A DNA stretch of 64,000 nt. Source: Planctomycetota bacterium (GTDB lineage: Bacteria > Planctomycetota > UBA1135 > UBA2386). Made by a program: the position numbers and the translations under genes. Under the pieces are notes generated by a model. That model was not told the DNA's origin and ran no database searches. It saw nothing but the letters and a program-made list of their open reading frames with translations. This document shows, piece by piece, positions 38,788 to 48,399 of this stretch; the first letter of the stretch is position 1; every line of letters starts with the position of its first letter. The stretch covers positions 1,856,001-1,920,000 of the forward strand of contig OZ245838.1 in assembly GCA_965228735.1 (NCBI GenBank), read 5' to 3'.

Positions 38788-39252
38788 TCAGAGCGCCCTC
38801 CGGTAGACGGTCTCGAGCGGCTTGAACCCGAGCTCCTGCAGCAGTGCGACCGCGTTGGTTTGCGCCTTGGCCGCGAACTCGATGTCGGTGGCCTGGAAGT
38901 CGCGGCCGAGCTCCATGGCGGCCTCGATGAGATCGACGCCGAGGCGGCCGCGGCGCGCGTCCTCGGCGAGAAACAGCGCCTCGACCCTGGCGACGCGCTC
39001 GTGCTGGGCCTGCGGCAGCTCGGCGAACGTGACGGCGGCGTAGCCGACCCACTCGTCGCCGCGGCGGACCGCGACGCAGCGCAGGCGCCCGCAGCCAGCA
39101 GCGGCCTGGTAGAGCTGCCAGTCGATGTCGAGCGGTGTGGTGGCGGCGCGGCCGGAGAGATCCCGCCAGTGCTGCTCGAAGAGCGCCTGGCAGTTCTCAC
39201 GTAGCTCGGCGACGGTCGCCGGCTCGATCCTGCAGGTCAGGGTCTCGGCCAT
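38788..39252 (-). CDS. GNAT acetyltransferase
   Basis: LFLAEDARRGRLGVDLI...LGFK. Confidence 0.75.
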   Translation of the reverse strand: MAETLTCRIEPATVAELRENCQALFEQHWRDLSGRAATTPLDIDWQLYQAAAGCGRLRCVAVRRGDEWVGYAAVTFAELPQAQHERVARVEALFLAEDARRGRLGVDLIEAAMELGRDFQATDIEFAAKAQTNAVALLQELGFKPLETVYRRAL

Positions 39253-39260
39253 CGACCGAG

Positions 39261-39297
39261 ACGCTAGGAGGCGATTCAGGCGTTACGGTTACACCCC
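39261..39297 (-). promoter_or_regulatory. Putative late promoter, copy 2
   Basis: Same two boxes and N14 spacing as copy 1; 8 nt before the ATG at 39252. Confidence 0.7.
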
Positions 39298-39792
39298 CTG
39301 GCCGGGAGGCACCTTCGGATGCACCTTGTTCCCAGCTCGATCGTAGAGCTCGAACGGCAGCTGCAGCCGCAGCTCGCCTCCATCACCGACCGAGACTGGC
39401 ATCCCAGTCCGCACCTCGAATTGCTCCGCGAACTGCTCGGGGGTCAGACCTCGCGCAGCGCACTCCTTCACGACCCACCTCTCGAGCTGCAGGTACAGTT
39501 CTCGGTGAACCCTCCGCGCGACATCGGCCGCTGACGCGGCCATCGTCTCGACGGGCTCCACGCCATCCCCGTCCGGGTCCGGATCCTCGAACTCCTCGTA
39601 GTCCGCGATGTCGTCGCGCTCATGATCGCACAGCAGCACGAGCGGCTTGCCGCGAGTGTGCTCGAGGAACCGGTGCAGGCGCCGCATGACGCTCGGCTGC
39701 CCCCAGTAGAACGATGTCATCGAACGCCAACCCTGACCGACCCAGATCGTCTGTCGGGTCTCGTGACACACCAAGCTGAACGTCTGGCTCAT
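39289..39792 (-). CDS. Hypothetical phage protein
   Basis: ATGA overlap; MSQTFSLVCHETRQTIWVGQG. Confidence 0.6.
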   Translation of the reverse strand: MSQTFSLVCHETRQTIWVGQGWRSMTSFYWGQPSVMRRLHRFLEHTRGKPLVLLCDHERDDIADYEEFEDPDPDGDGVEPVETMAASAADVARRVHRELYLQLERWVVKECAARGLTPEQFAEQFEVRTGMPVSVGDGGELRLQLPFELYDRAGNKVHPKVPPGQGV

Positions 39793-40058
39793 TGGTCTTT
39801 CGCGTCTTGCATCCTGCCGTCCTGGTCCAACGGATACCGCTCCAGGTAGTCCTCGATCAACCCGTCGACCACCTCCTGATCCCCCGCGAGGACGATCTCA
39901 TACGTCTTCAGGAGTTCATGCGTCTTCGGCCACTGCAGATCGCTGCGATCTTCGATCCCGAGCTGGTAACAGCGAGCTCGGAGCCCCGCGAGAGTGCGCC
40001 CCGCGACCTCCCAGCCCAGCGTCAGGTAGAACGTCCGCTCGTAGTTGGTCGTCGTCAT
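39789..40058 (-). CDS. Hypothetical phage protein
   Basis: Starts 1 nt after the terL stop. Confidence 0.55.
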   Translation of the reverse strand: MTTTNYERTFYLTLGWEVAGRTLAGLRARCYQLGIEDRSDLQWPKTHELLKTYEIVLAGDQEVVDGLIEDYLERYPLDQDGRMQDAKDQ

Positions 40059-40059
40059 T

Positions 40060-41631
40060 TCACTTGTCCCTCCGATACGGGTCCCGCACCTGCTTCTTGC
40101 GCTGGCTCCGCTTCTTCGCGAACTCCCGCCGCTTCGGCGTGTGCATCAGCGCCAGGAAGTAGGCGCTCGCCTTGTCCGGAGAATACCCGAGCTTGTCGAC
40201 CACCTCCTCCCGCGACGCCACCTTGATCTCCCGCCGCGGCTGCGACCACGTGTATGCGCACAGCTCCGCCAGCAGCTGGCGATCCGGCGGCAGGCAGATC
40301 CCGGTGTTACTCACCGGGTCCAACGCCTCCCGCATGCGCCAGACCAGCTCCGATCGGAGGTTGAACAGCGGCTGCGCGCCATTCTCGGTCACACCCATCG
40401 CCGGGTCGCCGACGTTGACGCCGATCACGTGCTGGTCCATCGCCATGAGGTGGCCGTACGGCTGCGCCCCGACCCCGAACAGGTCGAGGTGGATCACCGC
40501 CTCGTCACGCTTCGCCGCCACGATGTATCCGGCGATCGTCGGCCCGTTCGGGCAGTCCTTGCCCTCGTAGACGATCGGCTCGTCGAACCAGTAGCCGTGC
40601 CGCCGCGCAATCACCGTGCGGTCGTCGCCGCCCATGGCGACGTCAACGCCGAGGCTCTCCATCGGCGGCAGCCGTTCCGGACGGGACCACCGCTCCATCG
40701 CGGCCTCGACCCATGCTGTGGGAATCACCTGGAAAGCGTCGTCCTTCAGTCCCGCGTCGAAGTCCCCGTAGAGCAGCTGCGAGCGCCGCGGCTCGGGCTG
40801 GCTCTGGATCTGGCTCACGTAGTCCGTGGCCATGTAGAACGGGTTGTCGGTCACGCGCGCCGGGATGAACGTGCGTGACTTCGGTCGGATGATCTGCTCC
40901 GGCGTGAATTCCTCGGGGTCGAAGTCGTAGACCGGCTTCTCATCGACGACCACGAACGGGCGGTCGTCCGGCAGCTCTCGGTCCTTCTTCGCGATCGTTG
41001 TGAACCACCGGAGCTCGCCAGGCACCGCCGGGTTCGGGTGCTTGCGGTCAAGCCATGGGGCGAAGAACCGGATCACCCACTGGCCCTCCACCGTCATCGG
41101 CGGGTTGAACGTCATCATGACGCGCGAGCGCTGATCGGGGTTGCTGGTGCGGTTCCAGCCCATGATGAACCGCACCTGGTCCTCCCGCATCTCGGTGACC
41201 TCGTCGAAGGCCTTCAGGTCGTGCGGCCGGCCGGCCCAACGCCGCTCGTCGCCCTTGTTGTCGAGGCCGCCGAACTCGATCAGGCGGCGCTCGACCATCC
41301 ACTTCGACTTCTGACTGCTGTAGCCGCGCGTGTCACCGAGCAGCTCCGTCATTCGCTGCACGATACCCTCGGTCTGCGCCTTCTCGCGCCGGATGATCAG
41401 CGTGCGTTCGTGCTCGGTCAGCGCGAGGCCCGCGACCAGGTCGGTCTTGCCGCCGCCGGCGGCGCCGCCGTATCCGACGATGTCAGCCTCGCTCTCGAAT
41501 GCCTGCAGCTGGGGGCCCGGAAGCGGCCGCCAGATTCGGCCGTCGTCGAGCAGGCCCTCGAGCTTCTCGCGCTCCTCGGGAGTCATGTACGCGAGGAGCG
41601 ACGGGTCGTACTCAAAGGCGTCAGTCGCCAT
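40060..41631 (-). CDS. terL: Terminase large subunit
   Basis: Walker A GGAAGGGKT, Walker B AFDE, TFNP, nuclease GVDVA and SPDKA. Confidence 0.93.
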   Translation of the reverse strand: MATDAFEYDPSLLAYMTPEEREKLEGLLDDGRIWRPLPGPQLQAFESEADIVGYGGAAGGGKTDLVAGLALTEHERTLIIRREKAQTEGIVQRMTELLGDTRGYSSQKSKWMVERRLIEFGGLDNKGDERRWAGRPHDLKAFDEVTEMREDQVRFIMGWNRTSNPDQRSRVMMTFNPPMTVEGQWVIRFFAPWLDRKHPNPAVPGELRWFTTIAKKDRELPDDRPFVVVDEKPVYDFDPEEFTPEQIIRPKSRTFIPARVTDNPFYMATDYVSQIQSQPEPRRSQLLYGDFDAGLKDDAFQVIPTAWVEAAMERWSRPERLPPMESLGVDVAMGGDDRTVIARRHGYWFDEPIVYEGKDCPNGPTIAGYIVAAKRDEAVIHLDLFGVGAQPYGHLMAMDQHVIGVNVGDPAMGVTENGAQPLFNLRSELVWRMREALDPVSNTGICLPPDRQLLAELCAYTWSQPRREIKVASREEVVDKLGYSPDKASAYFLALMHTPKRREFAKKRSQRKKQVRDPYRRDK

Positions 41632-42304
41632 CCCCCTCGCCTTCCGCCTCCGCCTTCCGCTGCGCCGCCACCTGCAGCAGCGCCTGAATCTGCGCCCCGC
41701 GCTCGACGTCCGTCATCTTGATCGCGGGCGCGTCGGGGTCCCCGCCGATCGCCAGCTTGTCGCCGAACGTCTTCGGCAACATCTTGCACAGCGCCCATTT
41801 GAGCGTGTCCACGTGTAGCCGCCGGTGCGCCACCATGTCCTGCTTCACGACCTTGCGCTCGAGCACGGGCATCTCGGTCTGCTCACCGTCCTCGCCGTCC
41901 TTGACGATCACCTTCGACTCCTCGGTGACGATCTCGCCGACCTGCGGATTCCTCGCGACCTCGATGAGCTCTTCGGCCCAGTTCATGGCGCGCAGCTGGA
42001 TGGCGCGCGCGTACTGCTCGGCAAACCCTTCCCGGTCCTCGATGACCCAGGTGTGCACCGTGGTCGCTGGTGGCAGGTGCTCGTCCTCGCAGATCCGCCG
42101 CACGCTCTCCGTCGGGATGCGGCGGAGGATCTCCTCGGCGATCTCCGGCGTGTAGCGCGTTGGCCGGCCGCGCGGTCGTTTCGCCGCCGGCTTCGATGCT
42201 TTACGCGCGTTACGCGTTGCGTTACGCGTCGCCTTGCGCTTCGTCGTCGCCTTCTTTCGTGGCGCCTTCTTGCGGGTCTTCTTGGTCATCGTGGACTCGG
42301 ACAC
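41621..42304 (-). CDS. terS: Terminase small subunit
   Basis: GRPTRYTPEIAEEI...SVRRIC...FAEQYARA...RLHVDTLKW. Confidence 0.85.
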   Translation of the reverse strand: MSESTMTKKTRKKAPRKKATTKRKATRNATRNARKASKPAAKRPRGRPTRYTPEIAEEILRRIPTESVRRICEDEHLPPATTVHTWVIEDREGFAEQYARAIQLRAMNWAEELIEVARNPQVGEIVTEESKVIVKDGEDGEQTEMPVLERKVVKQDMVAHRRLHVDTLKWALCKMLPKTFGDKLAIGGDPDAPAIKMTDVERGAQIQALLQVAAQRKAEAEGEGDGD

Positions 42305-42581
42305 GGCGCCAGGACCGCGGGAACTGCGCGCGTCGTTCGCAGCGCGCGATCTTGGCGACCGTGTCTCTCGACAGGTTCAGCTGCTTGGCGATTGTGCCAT
42401 ACCCTTGGCCGTCGTCGCGCAGCTGGAAGATGCGACGCACCACCGCGTCGGGGATGGTCGCGTTGTGGTGAGACTCGCCGACGCGACGACCGTCCTCGTT
42501 GACGCCGACCAGCCGTGTGGTGCCCGGCGCCGGACGGAGCTTGTCGCTAAGTCGGACGCGTTTGGTCATCAACCCCCTCAC
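42222..42581 (-). CDS. HTH protein
   Basis: GESHHNATI...YGTIAKQLNLSRDTVAKI. Confidence 0.65.
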   Translation of the reverse strand: MRGLMTKRVRLSDKLRPAPGTTRLVGVNEDGRRVGESHHNATIPDAVVRRIFQLRDDGQGYGTIAKQLNLSRDTVAKIARCERRAQFPRSWRRVRVHDDQEDPQEGATKEGDDEAQGDA

Positions 42582-42582
42582 G

Positions 42583-42828
42583 TCATAGCGTCGCCTTGGC
42601 GAACTCCCCGCACTTGACGGACGCCGGCGGGAACCGGTAGGCGCCGCCGACCAGGGCTCCGGGTTGCTGTGGGTGCGGGTGTGGCAGAATGAACGACGGC
42701 GGGTATCGGCGGCAGTCGCCCTTCACGCTGTGGCGGCAGTCGTGGCAGCCGACCTTCGTGATGTCGACACCGCCGGCGAGGTCTGCCGGCGTGATTCTGG
42801 GGCGGTCGTTGGGGTTGCTGTTGGCCAT
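42583..42828 (-). CDS. Small Cys-rich protein
   Basis: CHDC...CRRYPP...CGEF. Confidence 0.6.
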   Translation of the reverse strand: MANSNPNDRPRITPADLAGGVDITKVGCHDCRHSVKGDCRRYPPSFILPHPHPQQPGALVGGAYRFPPASVKCGEFAKATL

Positions 42829-42831
42829 GCC

Positions 42832-43071
42832 CTACAGCCCCCCTCGCCCCAGCTTGGTCTCGTCGAGCTTGTGATCGCCGCACCAGTCGCGCTCGAACAC
42901 CGCGGGGAACCCGTTCATCGTCGGTGCCGCGCGCCGACAGCGCCCGAGCGCACCGCGCGCGTCGCCCGTCGTCTTCGGCTCCTTCGCGACGAACCACATG
43001 CAGCTCGAGCACGGCATGCCGGCGCTTCGGTGTACCCACGGGTCCTTCGATTCTTGCTCTTGCATCCTCAC
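42832..43071 (-). CDS. Small Cys-rich protein, similar pattern to its neighbour
   Basis: CSSC...CRRAAP...WCGDH. Confidence 0.6.
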   Translation of the reverse strand: MRMQEQESKDPWVHRSAGMPCSSCMWFVAKEPKTTGDARGALGRCRRAAPTMNGFPAVFERDWCGDHKLDETKLGRGGL

Positions 43072-45038
43072 CTCCAGTTGCTGTCCAAAAGCGCCTCAGG
43101 CGCCATCCACTGCCCACGCTCACGGCGGGCCTTGATCCACTCGCCGACGATCGCCCGCGCCCGCGGGTGATCCGGCACCTCCTGGCTCACGACCACCGCC
43201 GCAAGCCCCATCCACGACGTCGTCCCCGGGCCCTCGCTCGCACCGTCACCCTCGACGAGCTGCGACAGCTCCGGTTCCTTGCCGTCCGTTCCGGCCTCGA
43301 CGCCGACCAGCGACCAGCCGACCCAGCGGCCGTCGCGTTGACTGAACGCGCCCTCGACGACCGCGAGCGCGCCTTCCAGGCCCAGCCCGCGCATCCGCTC
43401 CTGTCCGAACGTGACGCCGAGCGACCAGGTGGCGTAGGCCGCGGCGGCCTGCTGGTACATCACCGCATTGTCGCGGCGGTTGGTGTCCTTCGTGAACCGC
43501 GCTTCGTTGCTGCGCAGGTCCCAGAGCGTCGCCGCGCCCCACTTCGGCCAGGCCAGCTGCTCGAACCGCGCGATCGCGCGCGCGCGCACCAGCTTCGCGA
43601 CCTCGCGGTCGGCCAGGCAGTGCCAAAGCTGCTCGGCTTCCCAGCACTCCCAGAGCCACTCGCGTGCTTTACCGACTCGTGTCGTCGTCAGCCGCCGGTC
43701 GAGCGTGCGGCTGTGCAGGAACAGCGCGGCGCGGTTTTCGATCTGCCACTGCAGTGCGGGGTCGCCGGTCTGGCGGTACGCCAGGTAGAGCCGGCGGGCG
43801 TAGTAGTGCTCCCACCAGCTCTCCCAGCCGTGGCGCTCCCGCTTCGTCGGGTTGCGGTCCTTGCCGAGGCCGTCGGGGCTGAACAAGCGACCTTTGCCGT
43901 CCCGGTGCGGCATGTCGTTGTAGAGCGCCAGGTCGGGGTGTGCGCCGATCAGCAGCGGGCTGCCGTCGGCTTCGCGCGGGTTGCTGCGGCGGGCGTAACC
44001 GTAGGCGATCCAGGTGTTCGTGAGTTCGGCGCCGAGGCTGGCGGCGCCAAGGCCGAGCTCGCCGCCGGGCCAACCCCAGTCCCAGTCGCGGCCGGTGCGG
44101 CGGGCGTCCTCGTAGATCCCGAACTCGTTGCGGTCCCAGGTGTCGAGTTGCTGCAGCGCTTTCTGGCCGACGGTCTGCGACCAGGTGCGTGGGTCACCGT
44201 TGCTGGCGGGCCACTGGGGGTTGCCGCGGGGCCAGGCGCGTTGCGCGGCGAGGCAGCTGATGAACGGCGCGGCTTGGGCGGAGGACGCGGCGTCGGCGTC
44301 GGGCGATGGCCAGAGGATCGTGGCCCACCTGGTGGCACGGCCGTGCCAGGTCGCGATCGTCGTGCCGGCAGGTGCGAGCTCGGCGCCGATGACGGTGGCG
44401 CCGGGCACCTCAAGGCGGAAGCCGTCGGGGACGGTGGCGGTGAGGTCGGCGACGTTCGGGTTGTTGGCGTGCGTCTGGATGCGGGCGACGGTCCAGGATT
44501 GGCCTGGGTACAGCGTCAACCAGACGTCGACGAGCAGCATGCGGCCGACGCGGGTGCGCAGGTGCACGTCGAGGCCGGCGCCGTTTCGGATCGCCGACAG
44601 GACGTGGAGCGCCCTGCCGGCCACGGTCAGAAGGGGCGGTGGCGGCGGGGGCAGTCGCGCGACGGGCTCGGGTGCCTCGCGGGGTTCGGTTGCGGTTGCG
44701 TCGGCGTCCGCATCGGGGCGGAGCTTGCCGAGGTCGATGGTCTTGGCTTCGAAGGGCGCGAGCTCGACGCGGAAGTCGATGTGGCGCAGGCCTTCGCCGC
44801 AGGGGTTGCCGAGGACGTAGCGGACGCCGTCGATGGTGCCGGTGCGCGGCACGTCGACGTCGATGGCGCGGCGGACCCAGCCGTGGAAGTGGCTGGGGGT
44901 TGCGCCGCCGGGTTTGCCGTCGTTGGCGAAATGGACCTGTTGGGCTGGGGCGAACGCGGCTGCGAGCAGCGCGATCAGCCCAGCCAGGATGCCGGCGAGC
45001 GCAGAGCGCCAGGCGGCGGGGTCTTCGTGGTCAGTCAT
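43068..45038 (-). CDS. Exported 656-aa protein, possible alpha/alpha-barrel glycan-acting enzyme
   Basis: Signal peptide LLAAAFAPA; Trp-rich; EHYY...YRQTGDP. Confidence 0.55.
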   Translation of the reverse strand: MTDHEDPAAWRSALAGILAGLIALLAAAFAPAQQVHFANDGKPGGATPSHFHGWVRRAIDVDVPRTGTIDGVRYVLGNPCGEGLRHIDFRVELAPFEAKTIDLGKLRPDADADATATEPREAPEPVARLPPPPPPLLTVAGRALHVLSAIRNGAGLDVHLRTRVGRMLLVDVWLTLYPGQSWTVARIQTHANNPNVADLTATVPDGFRLEVPGATVIGAELAPAGTTIATWHGRATRWATILWPSPDADAASSAQAAPFISCLAAQRAWPRGNPQWPASNGDPRTWSQTVGQKALQQLDTWDRNEFGIYEDARRTGRDWDWGWPGGELGLGAASLGAELTNTWIAYGYARRSNPREADGSPLLIGAHPDLALYNDMPHRDGKGRLFSPDGLGKDRNPTKRERHGWESWWEHYYARRLYLAYRQTGDPALQWQIENRAALFLHSRTLDRRLTTTRVGKAREWLWECWEAEQLWHCLADREVAKLVRARAIARFEQLAWPKWGAATLWDLRSNEARFTKDTNRRDNAVMYQQAAAAYATWSLGVTFGQERMRGLGLEGALAVVEGAFSQRDGRWVGWSLVGVEAGTDGKEPELSQLVEGDGASEGPGTTSWMGLAAVVVSQEVPDHPRARAIVGEWIKARRERGQWMAPEALLDSNWR

Positions 45039-45421
45039 TCGTCGGTCTCCGGGGTCAGCCGCACGACCACCTGGCCGTGCGGCACGGGGGACTCGATCAC
45101 CGGGCGATCCATCGCGAACCGGTGATCGTTGATGCCGAGCGCGTCGGCGATGCCGTCGAGGCCGGCCTTCACGGCGGCCTGCATGCCGTCCTCGTCGCGG
45201 TTGCGGCGGTCCGGCGGGCGGAAGGTGAGCTGCACGCGGACGCGTGGTGCGTCGCGCACGGCGTCGACGTCGCGGCCGAAGCCCTCGAACGCGGACATCG
45301 CGGACCAGTAGGCGTTGCCGCGGTAGGCCTTGGTGACGCGGGCCTTCTGCTGGCGGTGTGGGCGGCCGTTCGGGTGCAGGGGCTGCGGGGGCCAGGGGAG
45401 GAGGACGGTCAGCATGGTCAC
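45035..45421 (-). CDS. RusA-like Holliday junction resolvase
   Basis: LPWPP..HPN, PPDRRNRDEDG, KAGLDGIADALGIND. Confidence 0.85.
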   Translation of the reverse strand: MTMLTVLLPWPPQPLHPNGRPHRQQKARVTKAYRGNAYWSAMSAFEGFGRDVDAVRDAPRVRVQLTFRPPDRRNRDEDGMQAAVKAGLDGIADALGINDHRFAMDRPVIESPVPHGQVVVRLTPETDE

Positions 45422-46320
45422 GCAACCCCCTCACGCAGCAGCCCAGCCGGGAACAGCTTCGCCGACACCCGCTCCGCCGAGTCGGCGTAGACGTCCTCGA
45501 GCGTGTCCTCGTGCCGCCCCACGCGGCGCAGCGTCGACTCGCGGCGCTTCATGCGCTGCTCGTCAAGCACCTCGCGCCACAGGTTGTGCTCGAGCCAATG
45601 CGCCAGCAGCGCGCCCTTCTCGCGGGCCTTCTCGCGATCGAGCACCGCGAGCGCGGTCACGTGGTCTCGCGTCAGGCCGGTGGGCGCGGCCTTGCGAGCG
45701 ATCTTGACCAGCTCCGCCATGCGGCGATCGCTGCGCATCCCGCTCCGCAGCGGCGTCGCCGCGAGCGCCCGAACGAGGTCGAGGACCTCCGGCGGATCGG
45801 GTGGCTCTGGCTTCGGACCTTCGGGCGGATCGCTGGCCCCTCGCGCGCCCGCGCGCGCGTTCTGGGGCTGTTCCCTTCCTTTCCCTTCCCTTCCCTTCCT
45901 AGGCCGAAATCCGGCGGGGCCCGCCGGATCGTCGGGGGGCCCCGCCGGTTTTTCGGCGGGGTCCGCCGGATTGCTGGCGGGAGAGTCGGGCGGCGGCGGC
46001 AACTTCGACTTCGATCGCTTGTCGATCTTCTGATGCCGATCGAAGTTACGAACGAACGCGTAGGTCTGGCCGTGATGCTCGTAGCGAACGACCAGCCCGA
46101 GCTCGACCAGTTCGTCGAGCCATGCGGCGACTTCGGTGTCCTCGTCGTATGGGAAGAGTTCTCCACGGATCAGCGCAGGATGTGCACGGAGCCTCCCGTC
46201 GTCGTCGGCCATGTTGCACAGGCCGATGAACATGAGCCGGGCGTCGCGGGACGCGCGCGCAAGGCGTTCGTCCTTGAAGAACTCGGGTTTGACGGTGCGG
46301 ATCTTCATGGTCGCATCCAC
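45418..46320 (-). CDS. Phage replication initiator
   Basis: IRTVKPEFF...ADDDGR...HQKID; KGREGKGRE linker. Confidence 0.8.
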   Translation of the reverse strand: MDATMKIRTVKPEFFKDERLARASRDARLMFIGLCNMADDDGRLRAHPALIRGELFPYDEDTEVAAWLDELVELGLVVRYEHHGQTYAFVRNFDRHQKIDKRSKSKLPPPPDSPASNPADPAEKPAGPPDDPAGPAGFRPRKGREGKGREQPQNARAGARGASDPPEGPKPEPPDPPEVLDLVRALAATPLRSGMRSDRRMAELVKIARKAAPTGLTRDHVTALAVLDREKAREKGALLAHWLEHNLWREVLDEQRMKRRESTLRRVGRHEDTLEDVYADSAERVSAKLFPAGLLREGVA

Positions 46321-47435
46321 GCGGCCATCGCCGCGGCCTCCGTGTCCAGCCAGTCCTTCCGCAGCCGCACCTTCAGGAACCGCGCGTAGACGTCCCGCAG
46401 CAACTCGAACAGCTGCAGCCAGCTCGCCGCGCGCGCACAGGTGCGGTCACCCTGCGACTCGACGTCCTCCGGGTCCGCCGGCAGCCTCACCGCCGCCAGC
46501 GTCATGCGCGCCCCGTCGAGCGTGCACGTCCACTGCTCGCTGCCCTCGGCCACGATCAGCTTCGCGCGCGCCAGGCGATGGCCCTCGCGCAGCGCCGCGC
46601 GCGCGGCGGCCGACCTGGTCGGCATGCCGTCCCGCAGCGTGTAGACGGTCTCGTCAAAGCACGCCGAGAACACCAGCAGGTCATCCAGCGCGATCCCGAC
46701 CCGGCGGCCGCGCGCCAGGTCGAACTCGCCGCCGTTCGTTTCCCACTGGTGCCAGAGCCACAGCAGGAACTCCTCACCCAGGAACCCGAACGTCGTGTCG
46801 ATGTCGATCTTGGTCTGCTTCGGCGAATCGCCACTGCCGCCGCCGGGCCACCTGGTGGGCGTGGCCTTGTTCAGCGCCGCGGCGCTGAACTTCGCGGCCT
46901 CTGCGAGCTCGCCTGGGCCCAGCCCCTCGACGGGGCAGCCTGCGAAGGTCTCCGACCAGAGCCTGGCGGCCTCTTCGCGCGCGGCGTTGCTGCTCGCGAG
47001 CACCAGCAGCAGCTCGCGATCGGGCATCAGCAGCATGTCCACGTGCGTCGTGCTCGGCAGCACCCGCGGCAGCAGCTTCTCCGCCAGGTCCTGCTTGAGC
47101 TCGCGGCGCTCGCGGGGCGCCAGGCGCTTGCCTCGGGCGTGCTCCTCGGCGGCCAGGTGGTTCTCGATCACCGCGCGCGGCATCGCCTTCCGGTCGATGC
47201 GCATGCGCAGCCAGAAGTGCTCGCCGGCGTCGAGGTCCTCCGGCGTGAAGCTGTTGCCGGTCGGGTCGGCCGGCGTCACCCAGCCGATGGAGACCTCCTC
47301 GCTTGCGGCGTTGTCGATCAGCCGGAACCGGCGCTCGCTGAGCTGCTCGCAGAGCTCGGGGAGGCGGAGGTCGGGATTCGATCCCGCCCAGGTGAGTGCG
47401 GCCAGGCCGCCGGACTTGCGAAGAGCCTTCGTCAT
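46305..47435 (-). CDS. rdgC: RdgC-like recombination-associated protein (start 47435)
   Basis: SIGWV, RIDRKAMP, LLPRVLP, FLGEEFLLWLW. Confidence 0.75.
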   Translation of the reverse strand: MTKALRKSGGLAALTWAGSNPDLRLPELCEQLSERRFRLIDNAASEEVSIGWVTPADPTGNSFTPEDLDAGEHFWLRMRIDRKAMPRAVIENHLAAEEHARGKRLAPRERRELKQDLAEKLLPRVLPSTTHVDMLLMPDRELLLVLASSNAAREEAARLWSETFAGCPVEGLGPGELAEAAKFSAAALNKATPTRWPGGGSGDSPKQTKIDIDTTFGFLGEEFLLWLWHQWETNGGEFDLARGRRVGIALDDLLVFSACFDETVYTLRDGMPTRSAAARAALREGHRLARAKLIVAEGSEQWTCTLDGARMTLAAVRLPADPEDVESQGDRTCARAASWLQLFELLRDVYARFLKVRLRKDWLDTEAAAMAAWMRP

Positions 47436-47854
47436 GGTGTCGTCGCTGCCTCCCGCGCCTTCCGCAGGATCTGGTACACGCGGTTCCGGTGGATCCCGAA
47501 CCGCTCGGCAAGCTGCGGGTGCGTCATGCCCCCCGCGGCGAGCTCGACGATCTGCGCGTCGCGGTCCACGTTGACCGCCTTGCGCTTCTTGCGCCGACGT
47601 GGCGCGTCCGACTCCTCGCCGGCGGCGGCGCCTGCCGGCCGGACCTCGAGCGGCTTCCGGCTCATCCGGTCCATCAGGCGCGCGCGCGCCTGGCCGAGCT
47701 CGGCCAGGCGGCATTCGCGGAGCACCAGGCCGCACGTCGTGCACGTCGGTTGGCCCATCCCGCCCGTGAACGACGAGAGCGGGACCCAACGGAACTCGTG
47801 GCCCTGCTCGTGGCAGCGCGCGACGGCGTCGTCGGTGAGCACCTGGTTGGTCAC
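47432..47854 (-). CDS. Cys-containing protein with Mor-like C-terminal HTH
   Basis: CTTC; RDAQIVEL...LAERFGIHRNRVYQIL. Confidence 0.65.
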   Translation of the reverse strand: MTNQVLTDDAVARCHEQGHEFRWVPLSSFTGGMGQPTCTTCGLVLRECRLAELGQARARLMDRMSRKPLEVRPAGAAAGEESDAPRRRKKRKAVNVDRDAQIVELAAGGMTHPQLAERFGIHRNRVYQILRKAREAATTP

Positions 47855-48399
47855 GCGTCCCCCAACTTCTCAAACACCGAGAACACCCGCGCTCGGTTGT
47901 TGAAGCCCATGAGCACCGCCACCGCCGCAATGCTGCGGGCGTGCTTCGGCGGCTGCGGCCACAGGTAGTGCAGCACGCCGACGCGATCGCCGGCGGCGAC
48001 ACAGTCCAAGCCAACGCGGAGAAGATGCCCCGCACTCGGAAGCGCCGCATCGGTCCGATACTTGGCGTGGTCCTCCGGCGTGTACGGCGGATCTGCCAGC
48101 ACGGCTCGTGCGTCGGGCACCTCCGACCAGTTACCCGACGCAGAGAGGTCCGCGACGACGTCGGGCTCAGTGGCCGGATCCGAGTCCACCGTGATGGCCT
48201 TCTGGACCAGGCGCTTGTTCGGGTAGTCCTTCGCGCGACCGCCGCAGAGGTGCAGGCACGCGTCGCACTCGGGGTTGACGCCGAGCAGAGGCAGCGCGCG
48301 CTCCAGGAAGCCGTTCGGGTAGGCCCCGTAGTACTTCACCTTCGGACGCGCGAGGATCCAGACGTCGGTGATCGGGCGATACGTCACGAGAACCACCAC
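47851..48399 (-). CDS. Minimal DNA amino-methyltransferase-like protein
   Basis: YYGAYP, LHLCGG, DPPY. Confidence 0.65.
   Translation of the reverse strand: MVVLVTYRPITDVWILARPKVKYYGAYPNGFLERALPLLGVNPECDACLHLCGGRAKDYPNKRLVQKAITVDSDPATEPDVVADLSASGNWSEVPDARAVLADPPYTPEDHAKYRTDAALPSAGHLLRVGLDCVAAGDRVGVLHYLWPQPPKHARSIAAVAVLMGFNNRARVFSVFEKLGDA

Noticed and set aside
45871..45900. TTCCC pyrimidine repeat
   Set aside because: Encodes the KGREGKGRE linker common in phage replication initiators.
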